Assembly (NCBI GenBank): GCA_964507405.1
Contig: CAZDPJ010000003.1
Location: 1,729-65,728 of the forward strand
DNA length: 64,000 nt
Direction of reading: 5' to 3'
Source: an uncultured Staphylococcaceae bacterium
Lineage (GTDB): Bacteria > Bacillota_I > Bacilli_A > ML615J-28 > CAG-313
The notes under the pieces are model-generated. The model was not told where the DNA came from. It searched no databases and saw only the letters and a list, made by a program, of their open reading frames with translations. A program made the position numbers and the translations under genes. Of the stretch, positions 1-10,324 are shown piece after piece. Numbering within the stretch: the first letter of the stretch is position 1; every line of letters begins with the position of its first letter.

Positions 1-2
1 AA

Positions 3-2069
3 TTGGAACTTTCAACAAGTTATGCGGGATTTAGCTTTAATGAAGATAATCCTGTTACTATTGTTTCTAAAAATACAATAAATAAGCCTGATCCAAAAGC
101 TGTCTATGTAACAGGTATTAAAGCAGAAGGTGGTATACCAATTTATTTTGGTGAATATAGTGATACAGATAGCTATAATGAATATACAATCGATGATGGT
201 GGACTAGATTTTAATAAACCCGGAACTTATACAATTACTTATACATATAAAAAAGACCCAATGGTAAATGCAACTCTTAAAGTAAAAGTAGTTGAATCAA
301 GTCACGAATTTATTGTTAAAACTTTTAATAAAGATTTATTAACTATCAATTATGTTTATGATGGATTAGAAAGTGTAAAAGATATTTACCCTACTGACAG
401 ATTCATTACAGTTTCAGTAACACTTAAGACAGGTCAAGCTTTTGATGGCTGGTATTTAATGGATGAAAAAGGCGAAATTACTGATACTAAGGTAAGCAAT
501 AAACGAATTTATTCATTTAATATGCCTAATAAAGATTACCGCCTTTGTGCTGTCTCCAAAGCTGGTGATTACTGCTCTTTTAAAACAACAAGTGGTGGTA
601 AAATCTTAGATGAAGATAATAATATATTTGTTCCAGATTATTGGAGATATGAATATTATATTTTACCAGGTTCAACAAAAACTCTAAAAGCTCAAGCTTT
701 AGAAGGATATAAGTTTGCGGGATGGTACCGTGATGATAAGATGTTTTCCGATTCTGAAGTTATCAAATATAAACATGAAGGAATCTTTGATTATGTTGAA
801 GCAAGATTTATACCAGAAATTAAAGCGATTGAGGTTAGTGCCGAAAGTGCAAATTATGCAGGTTTTGTTAATGGAGTATTACAATATGCAATAGGTGATA
901 GTGTTCCTAACTATAAAGATTTTAATGTATATGGTATTTTAGGTGATGAATCAAAAGTATATTTAAGTTATACATACTATAAAGTTGATGATAGTAATGT
1001 TGATTTAACTAAAGTTGGTAAATATACAATTACTTATACATATGAATATGATGAATCATTTATTGATACTTTAACAATTGAAGTAATGGACGCATCTAAT
1101 ATAAATATTTCATTTGAAAATTCAATTTCTTATCTATCTCATAAATTTAATGGTAAAGCATCATTCATTTCTCTTAATGATATTGTTATTAATGATAAAC
1201 GTTTAGTTGATTTAACTTGTAGTACAATTAAAGACAAAATTTCTTATAAATGGATTAATAAATTAAATAATGAAGTAATTAACACAAATGATAATGATGT
1301 TACAATTAATGGTGTTAAAGTAAATAATTTTGGCCCTGAAAACTATAAACGTACAATTGGCCATGAAATAGTAGGTCCAGTTGTTGCTGGAGAATATAAG
1401 TTTGTTTTATCATATGATGGAAAAGAAGAACTATCAGTTGATGTAACAATAACTAAAACTTCATTTAAACGAATTACTTCAAGTGACGAATTTAGAACAA
1501 ATGAAGGTTCTTCCTGGATTAATTTTGAATTATATTATTATACAATAGTTGGAGTTGTTGGTGATGAATTATATATTATGGAGATGCCATCTATTGGTGT
1601 TGATAATGTTGAAGTAGCAGCAAGATTAGTTACTAAAGAAGCAAATGGTAATTTAAACTTAGGTGAAGGTTTTGACTTTATATTCGCGAATGTTAAATAT
1701 TTATTTGGAGAAGATAGTACTTATACTGAATTTATGACAGGATATTATGGTTCATATGTCGATAAATCATCAAATAGTAGTTCAACTGGATTATTTGGAA
1801 CTCCTTATATTTATAGAACTGGTTATACTTCAGTTAGTGGTGGTAATATTTATCGTCAATATGGCAATAAAATAGTTTATGGTAATAAAACTGAATTTGC
1901 AGGTGATGGTAGTGTAAAAATTTATTGTCCTAATAGAAGCGAAACTATAAATGATTCTTTACGTTTAGTAAAAGATAATGATAAATATGTATTTACAAGC
2001 GTTCCTGCTGATACTGATAACCGTCAATCATACCCAATTTACATTTATCAAAGTATTTTAGAAAAGTAA
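3..2069 (+). CDS. Large surface/secreted protein with bacterial Ig-like and InlB B-repeat-like modules (5'-truncated by window edge)
   Basis: The frame is open from the window start. Repeated 'G.YTITYTY' Ig-like segments (KPGTYTITYTY, KVGKYTITYTY) and 'F.GWY' repeats (FDGWY, FAGWY) are typical of Flg_new/InlB B-repeats. Confidence 0.55.
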   Translation: MELSTSYAGFSFNEDNPVTIVSKNTINKPDPKAVYVTGIKAEGGIPIYFGEYSDTDSYNEYTIDDGGLDFNKPGTYTITYTYKKDPMVNATLKVKVVESSHEFIVKTFNKDLLTINYVYDGLESVKDIYPTDRFITVSVTLKTGQAFDGWYLMDEKGEITDTKVSNKRIYSFNMPNKDYRLCAVSKAGDYCSFKTTSGGKILDEDNNIFVPDYWRYEYYILPGSTKTLKAQALEGYKFAGWYRDDKMFSDSEVIKYKHEGIFDYVEARFIPEIKAIEVSAESANYAGFVNGVLQYAIGDSVPNYKDFNVYGILGDESKVYLSYTYYKVDDSNVDLTKVGKYTITYTYEYDESFIDTLTIEVMDASNINISFENSISYLSHKFNGKASFISLNDIVINDKRLVDLTCSTIKDKISYKWINKLNNEVINTNDNDVTINGVKVNNFGPENYKRTIGHEIVGPVVAGEYKFVLSYDGKEELSVDVTITKTSFKRITSSDEFRTNEGSSWINFELYYYTIVGVVGDELYIMEMPSIGVDNVEVAARLVTKEANGNLNLGEGFDFIFANVKYLFGEDSTYTEFMTGYYGSYVDKSSNSSSTGLFGTPYIYRTGYTSVSGGNIYRQYGNKIVYGNKTEFAGDGSVKIYCPNRSETINDSLRLVKDNDKYVFTSVPADTDNRQSYPIYIYQSILEK

Positions 2070-2075
2070 ATCTCT

Positions 2076-2105
2076 AAAAGCTAGTTATTTTGACTAGCTT
2101 TTTTT
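2076..2105 (+). terminator. Intrinsic terminator
   Basis: Hairpin AAAAGCTAGTT-attt-TGACTAGCTTTT followed by a T-run, right after the stop at 2069. Confidence 0.8.
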
Positions 2106-2114
2106 AATTTTCGT

Positions 2115-2143
2115 TCATATTTTTATCCTTTTATACATAAATT
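2115..2143 (+). promoter_or_regulatory. Sigma-E-like (mother-cell) promoter of spoIVA
   Basis: TCATATT (2115-2121) and CATAAATT (2136-2143), with 16 nt between ATA and CATA. This fits the B. subtilis sigma-E consensus ATA-N16-18-CATAnnnT. Confidence 0.6.
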
Positions 2144-2164
2144 TAGATAGAAGGAGATTTTAAT

Positions 2165-3640
2165 ATGAGTGAGAATATTATTCGTGAAGTAGTAACTCGC
2201 ACCAATGGCGAGATGTATTTGGGTATTGTCGGCCCAGTAAGAAGTGGCAAGAGTACTTTTATTCGTAAATTTATGGAATTAAAGGTGTTACCATTTATTA
2301 AAGATGAAGAAACTTATAAAAAAGTAAATGATGAATTACCTCAAAGTGGTGAGGGAAAAACGATTATGACGGTGGAACCAAAGTTTGTTCCAAGTAATCA
2401 AATGACAATCGAAATAGAAGAAAACCTAAACTTAAGCATTAGATTAGTTGATTGTGTCGGTTATGTAATTCCTAATGCAAAAGGATATTTAAACGAAGAT
2501 GGCACAAATAGACTTGTTCAAACACCATGGTTTAGTGAACCTATTCCTTTTGGTGATGCTGCGGGAATAGGAACTCGTAAAGTAATTGAATCACATTCAA
2601 ATATTGGCGTTTTATTATCTAGTGATGGAAGCTTTGGTGAATTTAATAGGGAAGATTATGAAAAAATAGAAGAAAAGATGGTTCTAGAATTAAAGGAATT
2701 AGATAAACCATTTGTCTTGGTTATTAATACAACAAGTCCATATAGTGAAGAAACAAAAGAACTTGTAGCTAACTTAAAAACAAAATATGAAGTTTCAGTG
2801 ATTGCGTTAGATATTAAAAATCTTAAAAATGAAGATATTGATTTTGTATTAAAAGAAGCTTTAAGTGAATTTGATATTTCAGAGTTAAATATTGGAATTC
2901 CTTCGTGGGTTAATACCTTAGATGATGATTTAACATTTAAACAGCAGTTTACAGATTTAATTAAGGAAACATCGGGTAATTATCGAAAAATGAAGGATGT
3001 ATATCGAATTGTTGACTCTCTTAATTCTTCAAATTTATTTAAAAATATTGAAATATCGAATATTGATGCGGGTAGCGGAGTCGTAGATTTAGATTTATCA
3101 ATTGATGATGAGATTTATAATGAAGTTATTAATGAAATACTTGGTTTTAAAGTTAAAGATAAAGGAGAACTTATTAGTACTCTCCAAAAATTTAAAAATG
3201 CTAAAAAAGTATATGATAAAGTAGGCTCATTAGATAAAGTATATCAAGTAGGTTATGATTTAACATTACCATCTATTAAAGATTTAGTCCTTGATGAACC
3301 AGAACTTTTAAAACAAGGTAATCGATATGGGATTAAATTAAAAGCAAAAGGTTCAGCAATTCTTCTAACAAAGGTTGACATAGATTCAACATTTGAACCG
3401 ATAATTGGTGATTTAGAACAATCTACTGCCCTTGTTGAACATATGAAAGAAAGTTATATTAATAATCCTTCTGAAATATGGAATAGTGAAATATTTGGTC
3501 GTAAACTTGGTGATGTAATTAATGATGGAATTAGAATTAAAATATCACAAGTACCTGAAGTCGTGCTTGATAAATATGCGAAAGGAATTTCCAAAGTTAT
3601 TAATAATGGTAAAGGAAATATAATTGCAATTATTATTTAA
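2165..3640 (+). CDS. spoIVA: Stage IV sporulation protein A (coat morphogenetic ATPase)
   Basis: 491 aa. Motifs IGIVGPVRSGKSTFIRKF, DELPQSGEGKTIMTVEPKFVP, LVDCVGY, TPWF and GTRKVI are SpoIVA signatures. Followed by the HU gene, as in B. subtilis. Confidence 0.97.
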   Translation: MSENIIREVVTRTNGEMYLGIVGPVRSGKSTFIRKFMELKVLPFIKDEETYKKVNDELPQSGEGKTIMTVEPKFVPSNQMTIEIEENLNLSIRLVDCVGYVIPNAKGYLNEDGTNRLVQTPWFSEPIPFGDAAGIGTRKVIESHSNIGVLLSSDGSFGEFNREDYEKIEEKMVLELKELDKPFVLVINTTSPYSEETKELVANLKTKYEVSVIALDIKNLKNEDIDFVLKEALSEFDISELNIGIPSWVNTLDDDLTFKQQFTDLIKETSGNYRKMKDVYRIVDSLNSSNLFKNIEISNIDAGSGVVDLDLSIDDEIYNEVINEILGFKVKDKGELISTLQKFKNAKKVYDKVGSLDKVYQVGYDLTLPSIKDLVLDEPELLKQGNRYGIKLKAKGSAILLTKVDIDSTFEPIIGDLEQSTALVEHMKESYINNPSEIWNSEIFGRKLGDVINDGIRIKISQVPEVVLDKYAKGISKVINNGKGNIIAIII

Positions 3641-3672
3641 AATTAGTATTTAGAAAAAAATGCTAAAAAGAC

Positions 3673-3701
3673 TTGCTTTTTTTGCGGTTTTGTGGTATAA
3701 T
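3673..3701 (+). promoter_or_regulatory. Sigma-A promoter of HU gene
   Basis: TTGCTT-N17-TATAAT with an extended -10 TG. Confidence 0.7.
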
Positions 3702-3716
3702 ATTTGTGGTGATAGT

Positions 3717-3989
3717 ATGACGAAAAGCGAGTTAATTAAAGAAGTTCATCGACAAAATGACTATAATTATGTCGAAATTGAAACAATTATAAATCAAACA
3801 TTTGAAACAATTATGAAAGCTTTATCAACAGAAGATAAGGTTGTTATTAGTGGCTTTGGTACTTTTGAAAAATACTATCAAGAAGGCTATAATGGAATTA
3901 ATCCTGCAACTGGATCTAAATTATTTGTTGAAGGTAATTATAAAATTAGATTTAATGCAAGTAAAAAACTTAAATCAATGATGAAATAA
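3717..3989 (+). CDS. hup: HU family DNA-binding protein
   Basis: MTKSELI...VVISGFGTF...GINPATG...IRFNASKKLK. Start moved to ATG 3717, downstream of the promoter. Confidence 0.9.
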   Translation: MTKSELIKEVHRQNDYNYVEIETIINQTFETIMKALSTEDKVVISGFGTFEKYYQEGYNGINPATGSKLFVEGNYKIRFNASKKLKSMMK

Positions 3990-4028
3990 AAAAATGTAGA
4001 CATATTTTTGATGTCTACATTTATTTTT
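3990..4028. terminator. Bidirectional intrinsic terminator
   Basis: ATGTAGACAT-N7-ATGTCTACAT stem with an A-run on the left and a T-rich run on the right, between convergent genes. Confidence 0.8.
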
Positions 4029-4060
4029 TATTTATTATTTAATTTAATATTTATTTAGCC

Positions 4061-5065
4061 TTATAGTCCTAAAAACATTAGTAATATGGTTGCGATAACG
4101 CCAATAAAGTTATAAGCAGAATGTACTAAGATTGTATCCCAAATATTATATTTAGAACGTTTATAAATATAACCTAAGGCAATACCAGAAGCAAAGTATG
4201 AAACAAAGTTAAGTAATTCCATTATAATATTTGCGTAACTTACTCCCTCAACATTATTAGCTATATCCATCATGATATTTAAAACGGATTCTACAGTATG
4301 GATTGAACCAAAAATAGCTCCACTTAAAATTACAATAAACATTCCTTTTTTCTTAGAAAGGTTAAAGAAACATTTTCTAAAGATTAACTCTTCAAGTACA
4401 GGTGCAAGTATTGTAGTCATGATGATGATAACAATCATTGGATAAATTCCACTTGAAAGTAAATCATTAATGGCAGATTGATTGCCTGATGTGGTTGATA
4501 TATCTTTAAATTCTGGTAATGTTTTTAGCATGTTTGTTACTATTTCAATAAATATACTAGATGCATAACTTGCACCATAAAGAATAGCAAGGCCTATACC
4601 AAAATTTTTCCAAAAACTTCCTGGTGTTTTAACAGCTTCTTTGAAATCGTTTTTTAAATATCTACTTAAGAGAGGAACAGCCACAACAAGAACTATTAAA
4701 TATATAACTACATTCATTGTCGCAAGGAAATTGTAGTAGATATTAGGAAAATTTTCAAGTAAATAGTCTGATAAGTCAACACCTTCAGGTATGACAATAT
4801 TATTTATCTTAAGTACTACGCCTAAAGAAATACTAGATAAAATTGATACTAAGAAGTAAAAAATAAAGAAATAAACACAAATTGAAATAATACTTACTGT
4901 TTTAGTTTTAGTATCTATCATAGATACAGTTTCATTTATTTCTTCTACATATTGAGTTTCACTTGTTGCGTTTTCTTTGAATTCATTTCTTTCTAATTCT
5001 TGACCACAAAATACACAAAACTTACTATTTTCATCATTTTGATGTCCACAATATTTACATGTCAT
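4061..5065 (-). CDS. CPBP (CAAX protease/Abi family) intramembrane metalloprotease with N-terminal zinc ribbon
   Basis: N-terminal CKYCG...CVFCG; motifs PVLEELIFR, FGSIH and HSAYN; multiple TM segments. Confidence 0.88.
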   Translation of the reverse strand: MTCKYCGHQNDENSKFCVFCGQELERNEFKENATSETQYVEEINETVSMIDTKTKTVSIISICVYFFIFYFLVSILSSISLGVVLKINNIVIPEGVDLSDYLLENFPNIYYNFLATMNVVIYLIVLVVAVPLLSRYLKNDFKEAVKTPGSFWKNFGIGLAILYGASYASSIFIEIVTNMLKTLPEFKDISTTSGNQSAINDLLSSGIYPMIVIIIMTTILAPVLEELIFRKCFFNLSKKKGMFIVILSGAIFGSIHTVESVLNIMMDIANNVEGVSYANIIMELLNFVSYFASGIALGYIYKRSKYNIWDTILVHSAYNFIGVIATILLMFLGL

Positions 5066-5193
5066 ATTTTTATCTCCTATTTATTTTTCTTTTTATCATT
5101 ATATCAAATATTTAATAAAAAAGCAATAAAATCATACTATCTAGGAATATTTTTAGCTTCTAGTTAATATTATATACCAAGGAGATAGATGAA

Positions 5194-6069
5194 ATGAAGA
5201 AAAAAATTATTGTTATTAGTATTTTAGTTATTTTAATTATTACTTTATTATTGATTCCAAAAGATATTTATAAGAAAATCTTTAATAAAGAAGAAAACAA
5301 TGATAATTTAGAACCTACTATTAGCCTAGAATATCAAACTATGTATGTTAAAGATTCTAATAATCAATTAGTAGGAATCGAAGTAGGCGTAGAAAAACTA
5401 CTTGATGACGTAGTAATGAGAAAATGGGAATTACTTACAAGTAAAAGTGATTTATTACCTAATGGTTTTTCATCACCAGTAAATAAAAATACTACTTTAT
5501 ATTCACATGTTATTGAAAATGATAAACTATATTTAGATGTTAGTGAAGATTTTGCATCATCTGACGGTAGAATTACCCTTGAATCATTAGCTTGGAATTT
5601 TTGCGATGATGCAGTTACCGAAGTAGTAGTGAAAGTAAATGATAAGATCTGTGATAAAGTAAATGAGTATTGTTTTAAAAGTATTAGTAAAAAGCTTGGT
5701 ACTAACTTTGTTTTTGAAGCAAAAGATTTATTTAGTTCTAATTATTTAACGGTAGTATATCATGAAAATGATATGATTAAACCTGTTACTTATTTTTATG
5801 ATGATAATAAAAATGTATATGATTATACTATTTCAAAAATATTTATAAATAGTAAAGAATTATCCGAACTAGTTATTTCTAAAGCATATACATATAAAAT
5901 TCAAGATACAAGTCTTGAAATAAATATTAATTATGAAGGAAGCTTAAATGAAGATCTTGTTAATACCATTATTGAAACTTCAAAACTTAATTTTAATTTA
6001 AGTAGTTTAGTTGTTAATGGTAGTCAAACTGTAATTCTTCAAAAATCATTTATTGGTGATAAAGCGTAG
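5194..6069 (+). CDS. GerMN-domain (GerM-like) membrane-anchored protein
   Basis: N-terminal anchor, then 'MYVKDSNNQLV...LLPNGFSSPVNKNT...LYLDVSEDF...LESLAWNF', resembling GerMN. It precedes the RdgB-family gene, echoing B. subtilis gerM-rph-ysnA. Confidence 0.55.
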   Translation: MKKKIIVISILVILIITLLLIPKDIYKKIFNKEENNDNLEPTISLEYQTMYVKDSNNQLVGIEVGVEKLLDDVVMRKWELLTSKSDLLPNGFSSPVNKNTTLYSHVIENDKLYLDVSEDFASSDGRITLESLAWNFCDDAVTEVVVKVNDKICDKVNEYCFKSISKKLGTNFVFEAKDLFSSNYLTVVYHENDMIKPVTYFYDDNKNVYDYTISKIFINSKELSELVISKAYTYKIQDTSLEININYEGSLNEDLVNTIIETSKLNFNLSSLVVNGSQTVILQKSFIGDKA

Positions 6070-6141
6070 TAACTTTAGATTTTCTAAAGTTATTACCTTT
6101 TATTTTTTATTAAATTATGTTAAACTATTGTAGGTGATAAA

Positions 6142-6753
6142 ATGAAAATATTATTAGGAACAAATAATAAACATAAAGTTATTGAATTAGAAAATATTAT
6201 CAAAGAGTTTAATTTAAATATTGAATTATATTCCCTAAATGATATGAAGGAAAAACTTGATGAACCAGTTGAAGATGGTAATTCGTATTATGAAAATGCA
6301 TTAATTAAAGCTAAATATTATTATGAAAAATATCAAATCCCTGTTATCGCTGACGATGCAGGGTTAGAAGTATATGCACTTAATAATCGACCGGGTATTT
6401 TTTCAGCTCGATATGCAAGTGATGGTGTAAGCCATGCTTCTTCAAAAGATAATCGTTTGAAAATATTAAATGAATTAAAAGACATTAACGATCGAAGAGC
6501 TTGTTTTAGATGTGAAGTTGTTTATTATGATGGTAATTTAATTTATTCAGGTATCGGGATTATGGAAGGAGAAATAATGAATTATGAAGATGGAAATAAT
6601 GGGTTTGGATATGATTCCATCTTTTTTCTTCCAAAATATAATTCAACAGTTGCCAGATTATCAGAAGAAGAAAAAAATAAGATTAGTCATCGTCATCACG
6701 CAATGGAGGCGTTAATTGCTAATTTGACAAAAAATATTAACTTTTCATCATAA
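6142..6753 (+). CDS. rdgB: Non-canonical purine NTP (XTP/dITP) pyrophosphatase, RdgB/HAM1 family
   Basis: GTNNKHK, ADDAGL, RPGIFSARY, GFGYD and SHR motifs. Confidence 0.93.
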   Translation: MKILLGTNNKHKVIELENIIKEFNLNIELYSLNDMKEKLDEPVEDGNSYYENALIKAKYYYEKYQIPVIADDAGLEVYALNNRPGIFSARYASDGVSHASSKDNRLKILNELKDINDRRACFRCEVVYYDGNLIYSGIGIMEGEIMNYEDGNNGFGYDSIFFLPKYNSTVARLSEEEKNKISHRHHAMEALIANLTKNINFSS

Positions 6754-6832
6754 ATAAGCATTAGAATTGCAAATTTTTATAAAAAATGATATAATATCTA
6801 TGAATTTATGGTGCGAAAGGAGGGACCAAAGA

Positions 6833-7012
6833 ATGCCAAAGACTATCGTTAGAGAAAACGACACATTAGATGAAGCTTTAAAAAGATTTAAACGTGACGT
6901 TTCTAGATCCGGTACCCTTGTTGAAGCACGTAAGCGTCAACATTATATGAAACCTAGCGATGTACGTAAAGAAAAAAGACGTGCAGCACGTAAAGCAGGT
7001 AATCGTCACTAA
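6833..7012 (+). CDS. rpsU: 30S ribosomal protein S21
   Basis: [21 protein letters not shown]...[12 protein letters not shown]; RBS AAAGGAGG before ATG 6833. Confidence 0.96.
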   Translation: MPKTIVRENDTLDEALKRFKRDVSRSGTLVEARKRQHYMKPSDVRKEKRRAARKAGNRH

Positions 7013-7085
7013 TTTCTAGCTTATATCAAGATTAGCTCTAACTTTATTGTAAAGGTTAGGGTTTTTATTTTAAATGGGAGGTATT

Positions 7086-8882
7086 ATGAAAAAAGTTGTT
7101 AAATTGTTTTTTGTAGTTTTATGCTTTATGCTTATATGTGGTTGTAAGGATGAAAAAGAAGAAAATAATTCATATTATACAATTACTTTTGCTTATGGTG
7201 ATGGAACGATAATTAGTGAAGAAAAGCTATATGAAGATAAGGGTTTAACTTATCCAATAATAAATGAAGAAGTTGGCTATAATTATAATTGGGGAACATC
7301 CCTTGATGAAATAAATAACGCTAAACAATCAATGTATGTTATTTGTTATAAAACCGAAGCTAAAAAAATTACTAAATATATGATTGATAATGAAGTTATT
7401 TTAGAAAAAGAAGGTACTTACTTTAAAGAAGTATCAGAACCTAGTATATCCAAGATTTATACAAATTATCATTGGAATAAATCTTTAACAAAAGTTGAAG
7501 ATACATATTATGAAGTTTATGATTTAGAATATGAATATGCAACTTTCAATGTTAAGTATTATTATAATGATACGCTAGTTGAACTATATCCTAATACATT
7601 TAAGTATGGTACAAGCATTACTCTTCCTTCATATGAAATTGAAGGTAAACATTTTATTGGTTGGTTTGCTAGCGATATTTCATTATATCGTTATACTGAA
7701 ATAAGTGAAGATACGAGTCATGATGTAATTTTATATGCAAGATTTCAAGATTCTAAAAATAATAATCCCCTATTATTAGGTGATTACACATACTTAATAA
7801 GTGAGCTTAAAATAAATAAGAATTCAACATATTCTAATGCGGCAACATATAATCCTATTATTCCTTCATCTGCACCTCAAGGCGCAACAAATTATGAATG
7901 GAGTAGTTTAACACCGGATACTATTGATATTAGTATTTATTCATCTTTAAAAGCAAGAAAACTTGGTTATGGTATGATTCAAGGAGTAAATAAAAATGAC
8001 CCTAATATTGTTATTAAAGGAGTAATCAAAATTACATCAGATGGAATGAGTATAGTTGATATTGATGAGGCAAATACTATAAATTTATGTAAAGTCACAT
8101 TTGTTGACAAAGATAATAATGTATTATTAGAACAACATATACTTAAAGGGGGCAATGTTATCCCCCCAATTCCTCCAAAATATGATGGACTTGCATTTAA
8201 TGGTTGGGATAATGTTTTATATAATATAAATGAAGATATAATTATTAAAGCAACATATGTTGAAGGAAAAAATGATTTTGTTGGTAAAAAAGTAGCTATT
8301 ATCGGTGATAGTATTTCTACTTATTATGGACTTGTACCTAGTGGATTTGCGACATTCTATCCATATCCAACATCCAATATTTTTGATTATCATGATTGCT
8401 GGTGGATGAAAACAATAGATAAACTAGGCGCAGGGTTATTTGTTAATAATTCATATTCAGGTAGTTGTGTAGCAACAAATACTGCTTCATCAAGCACTAA
8501 TGATGATCGTTTATCTCAACTCGTAATAAATGGTGAAAAACCAGATGTTATTATTATTTATATGGGTTCTAATGATGTTCATTCGGGATCATTTACTCCA
8601 TCTACTTTTAAGTCAGCATATAATACAATGCTTAGAAAAGTAAAGACTTTATGTCCAGATGCATTAATTATAACTTGTACACTTCCTACTAGTACTTTCT
8701 ATAGTTCTGATAATCAAACAATTTATAATAATGTTATAAAAGAATGTAGTGGAATTTATAATGCGAAAGTAGTTGATTTAGCAGATGTTGATATTTCTAA
8801 ATCACTTGTTGATTCAGCTCATCCTCAAAAAGAAGGAATGGAATTAATTAGTAAAAAAATTATTGAAGAACTTTTATCCTAA
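7086..8882 (+). CDS. Lipoprotein with InlB B-repeat-like modules and C-terminal SGNH/GDSL hydrolase
   Basis: Lipobox-like LICG-C after a basic/hydrophobic leader; FIGWF and FNGWD repeats; SGNH blocks GDSIS, SYSG, GSND and DSAHP. Confidence 0.75.
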   Translation: MKKVVKLFFVVLCFMLICGCKDEKEENNSYYTITFAYGDGTIISEEKLYEDKGLTYPIINEEVGYNYNWGTSLDEINNAKQSMYVICYKTEAKKITKYMIDNEVILEKEGTYFKEVSEPSISKIYTNYHWNKSLTKVEDTYYEVYDLEYEYATFNVKYYYNDTLVELYPNTFKYGTSITLPSYEIEGKHFIGWFASDISLYRYTEISEDTSHDVILYARFQDSKNNNPLLLGDYTYLISELKINKNSTYSNAATYNPIIPSSAPQGATNYEWSSLTPDTIDISIYSSLKARKLGYGMIQGVNKNDPNIVIKGVIKITSDGMSIVDIDEANTINLCKVTFVDKDNNVLLEQHILKGGNVIPPIPPKYDGLAFNGWDNVLYNINEDIIIKATYVEGKNDFVGKKVAIIGDSISTYYGLVPSGFATFYPYPTSNIFDYHDCWWMKTIDKLGAGLFVNNSYSGSCVATNTASSSTNDDRLSQLVINGEKPDVIIIYMGSNDVHSGSFTPSTFKSAYNTMLRKVKTLCPDALIITCTLPTSTFYSSDNQTIYNNVIKECSGIYNAKVVDLADVDISKSLVDSAHPQKEGMELISKKIIEELLS

Positions 8883-8887
8883 AATTA

Positions 8888-8918
8888 AAGTATTTTTAAT
8901 ATGGCTATTACATATAAT
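8888..8918 (+). promoter_or_regulatory. Sigma-E-like promoter of yqfC-yqfD
   Basis: GTATT -35-like element and CATATAAT (8911-8918) -10 at sigma-E spacing. Confidence 0.45.
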
Positions 8919-8932
8919 GTAATGGTGGTTTA

Positions 8933-9142
8933 ATGAAAAAAATAGCTTTATATAAAACAAAGTTAATAATTTATAATAAACATAAATTAATAATAGAAAA
9001 TTATAACCAAGTTATTAAATATGATACTAATGAAATAATTGTTGATTGTTATGAAATTAAAGGTTCTAATTTATCGATATTATTAATGGATGAATTAAAT
9101 ATAATAATTATAGGAAATGATTATGAAATTAGAATTATCTAA
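8933..9142 (+). CDS. YabP/YqfC family sporulation protein
   Basis: 69 aa; 'LIIENYNQVIKYDTNEI...IKGSNLSI...DELNIIIIG' matches the family pattern; directly upstream of yqfD, as in B. subtilis. Confidence 0.7.
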   Translation: MKKIALYKTKLIIYNKHKLIIENYNQVIKYDTNEIIVDCYEIKGSNLSILLMDELNIIIIGNDYEIRII

Positions 9143-10274
9143 ATATCTTTCTATTTATCGTTTTAATGTTAAAGTTAAATATAATGATTTTTTAAAAATA
9201 AATCATATTAAAATGAAAAATATAAGAAGAAGTGATGATTATATATTCTTTAATACTAATAAAATGGGAATTATAAAAATTAATTCAATTGATTTAGAGG
9301 GAATTATTATTATTGATATTTATAAAAAGATATTTAAACTTATTTTCATTAAACATTTACCGGTAACTTTAAGTTTAGTTTTAATATTTACAATTTTTCT
9401 TATTAGTGGCAGTTATGTTCGTGATATTTGCTTTGATAATGAAGCTGATTATAATTATGAAGTATATGAATCGGTCCGAAGTCATTTAGTAAAAAAAGGA
9501 ATCTATTATAAATTAGATATTAATTTAAATGATTTAAATCGAACCTTAAGAAATACTTATCAACAATATGCTTATATTGGAGTTAAAAAGTCTGGGTCTA
9601 AAATTATTATAGAACTAAGCAATTATGAAACTCCAATTATTGATAATGATTCTTTAAATGACCCTGGCGATATTATTTCTAAATATGATAGCTATATTGT
9701 TGGAATTGAATCTAAAAAAGGAGTTGTCCTTGTTACTACTAGTCAAAGTGTTAAAAAAGGTGACCTTTTAATTAGTGGAAATATTAATTATAAATTTAAT
9801 ATTAATGATTATTCTAAACTTGTGAAAGCAAATGGAATTATTCTTGGAGAGGTTGCTGAATACATATCATATGTTATTAAAAAAGAACAACTTGGTTATG
9901 TTTATAGTAGTAAGATTACAAAATATTGTGAACTATCTTTGTTTAATAAGATAATTGAGACTAAAAAAGTTAATCTAAATGATGGATATAAGAAAAAACA
10001 AACATTTATTAATTTTTTTAATTTCTTAAAAGTTAACAAGGTTAATGCATATTCAAAAGAAGAAACATTAATTAAATATAATCAAGATGATGCTTTAAAA
10101 TATGCAAAAAGTAAAGTATATTATGATTTTAATATAGAGCGAATAAGTGATAAGGAATGTGTTAAAGAAATTAATACTTTAAAAATAGATGAAACTGATG
10201 AAAAATTTACAATTTTATTTTTAGTTAAATCGATAAGAAATATTGGTGAATTTATTAAATATGAAAAAAAGTAG
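9123..10274 (+). CDS. yqfD: Sporulation protein YqfD (SpoIV family)
   Basis: One TM segment, then 'AYIGVKKSGSKIIIE', 'PGDIISKYDSYI...GVVLV...VKKGDLLISG' and 'VKANGII'. Confidence 0.85.
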   Translation: MKLELSKYLSIYRFNVKVKYNDFLKINHIKMKNIRRSDDYIFFNTNKMGIIKINSIDLEGIIIIDIYKKIFKLIFIKHLPVTLSLVLIFTIFLISGSYVRDICFDNEADYNYEVYESVRSHLVKKGIYYKLDINLNDLNRTLRNTYQQYAYIGVKKSGSKIIIELSNYETPIIDNDSLNDPGDIISKYDSYIVGIESKKGVVLVTTSQSVKKGDLLISGNINYKFNINDYSKLVKANGIILGEVAEYISYVIKKEQLGYVYSSKITKYCELSLFNKIIETKKVNLNDGYKKKQTFINFFNFLKVNKVNAYSKEETLIKYNQDDALKYAKSKVYYDFNIERISDKECVKEINTLKIDETDEKFTILFLVKSIRNIGEFIKYEKK

Positions 10275-10324
10275 GCAAATGAACCTGTTTGTTTTATACA
10301 AAAGGGTTAAAATTTACCTACTTT

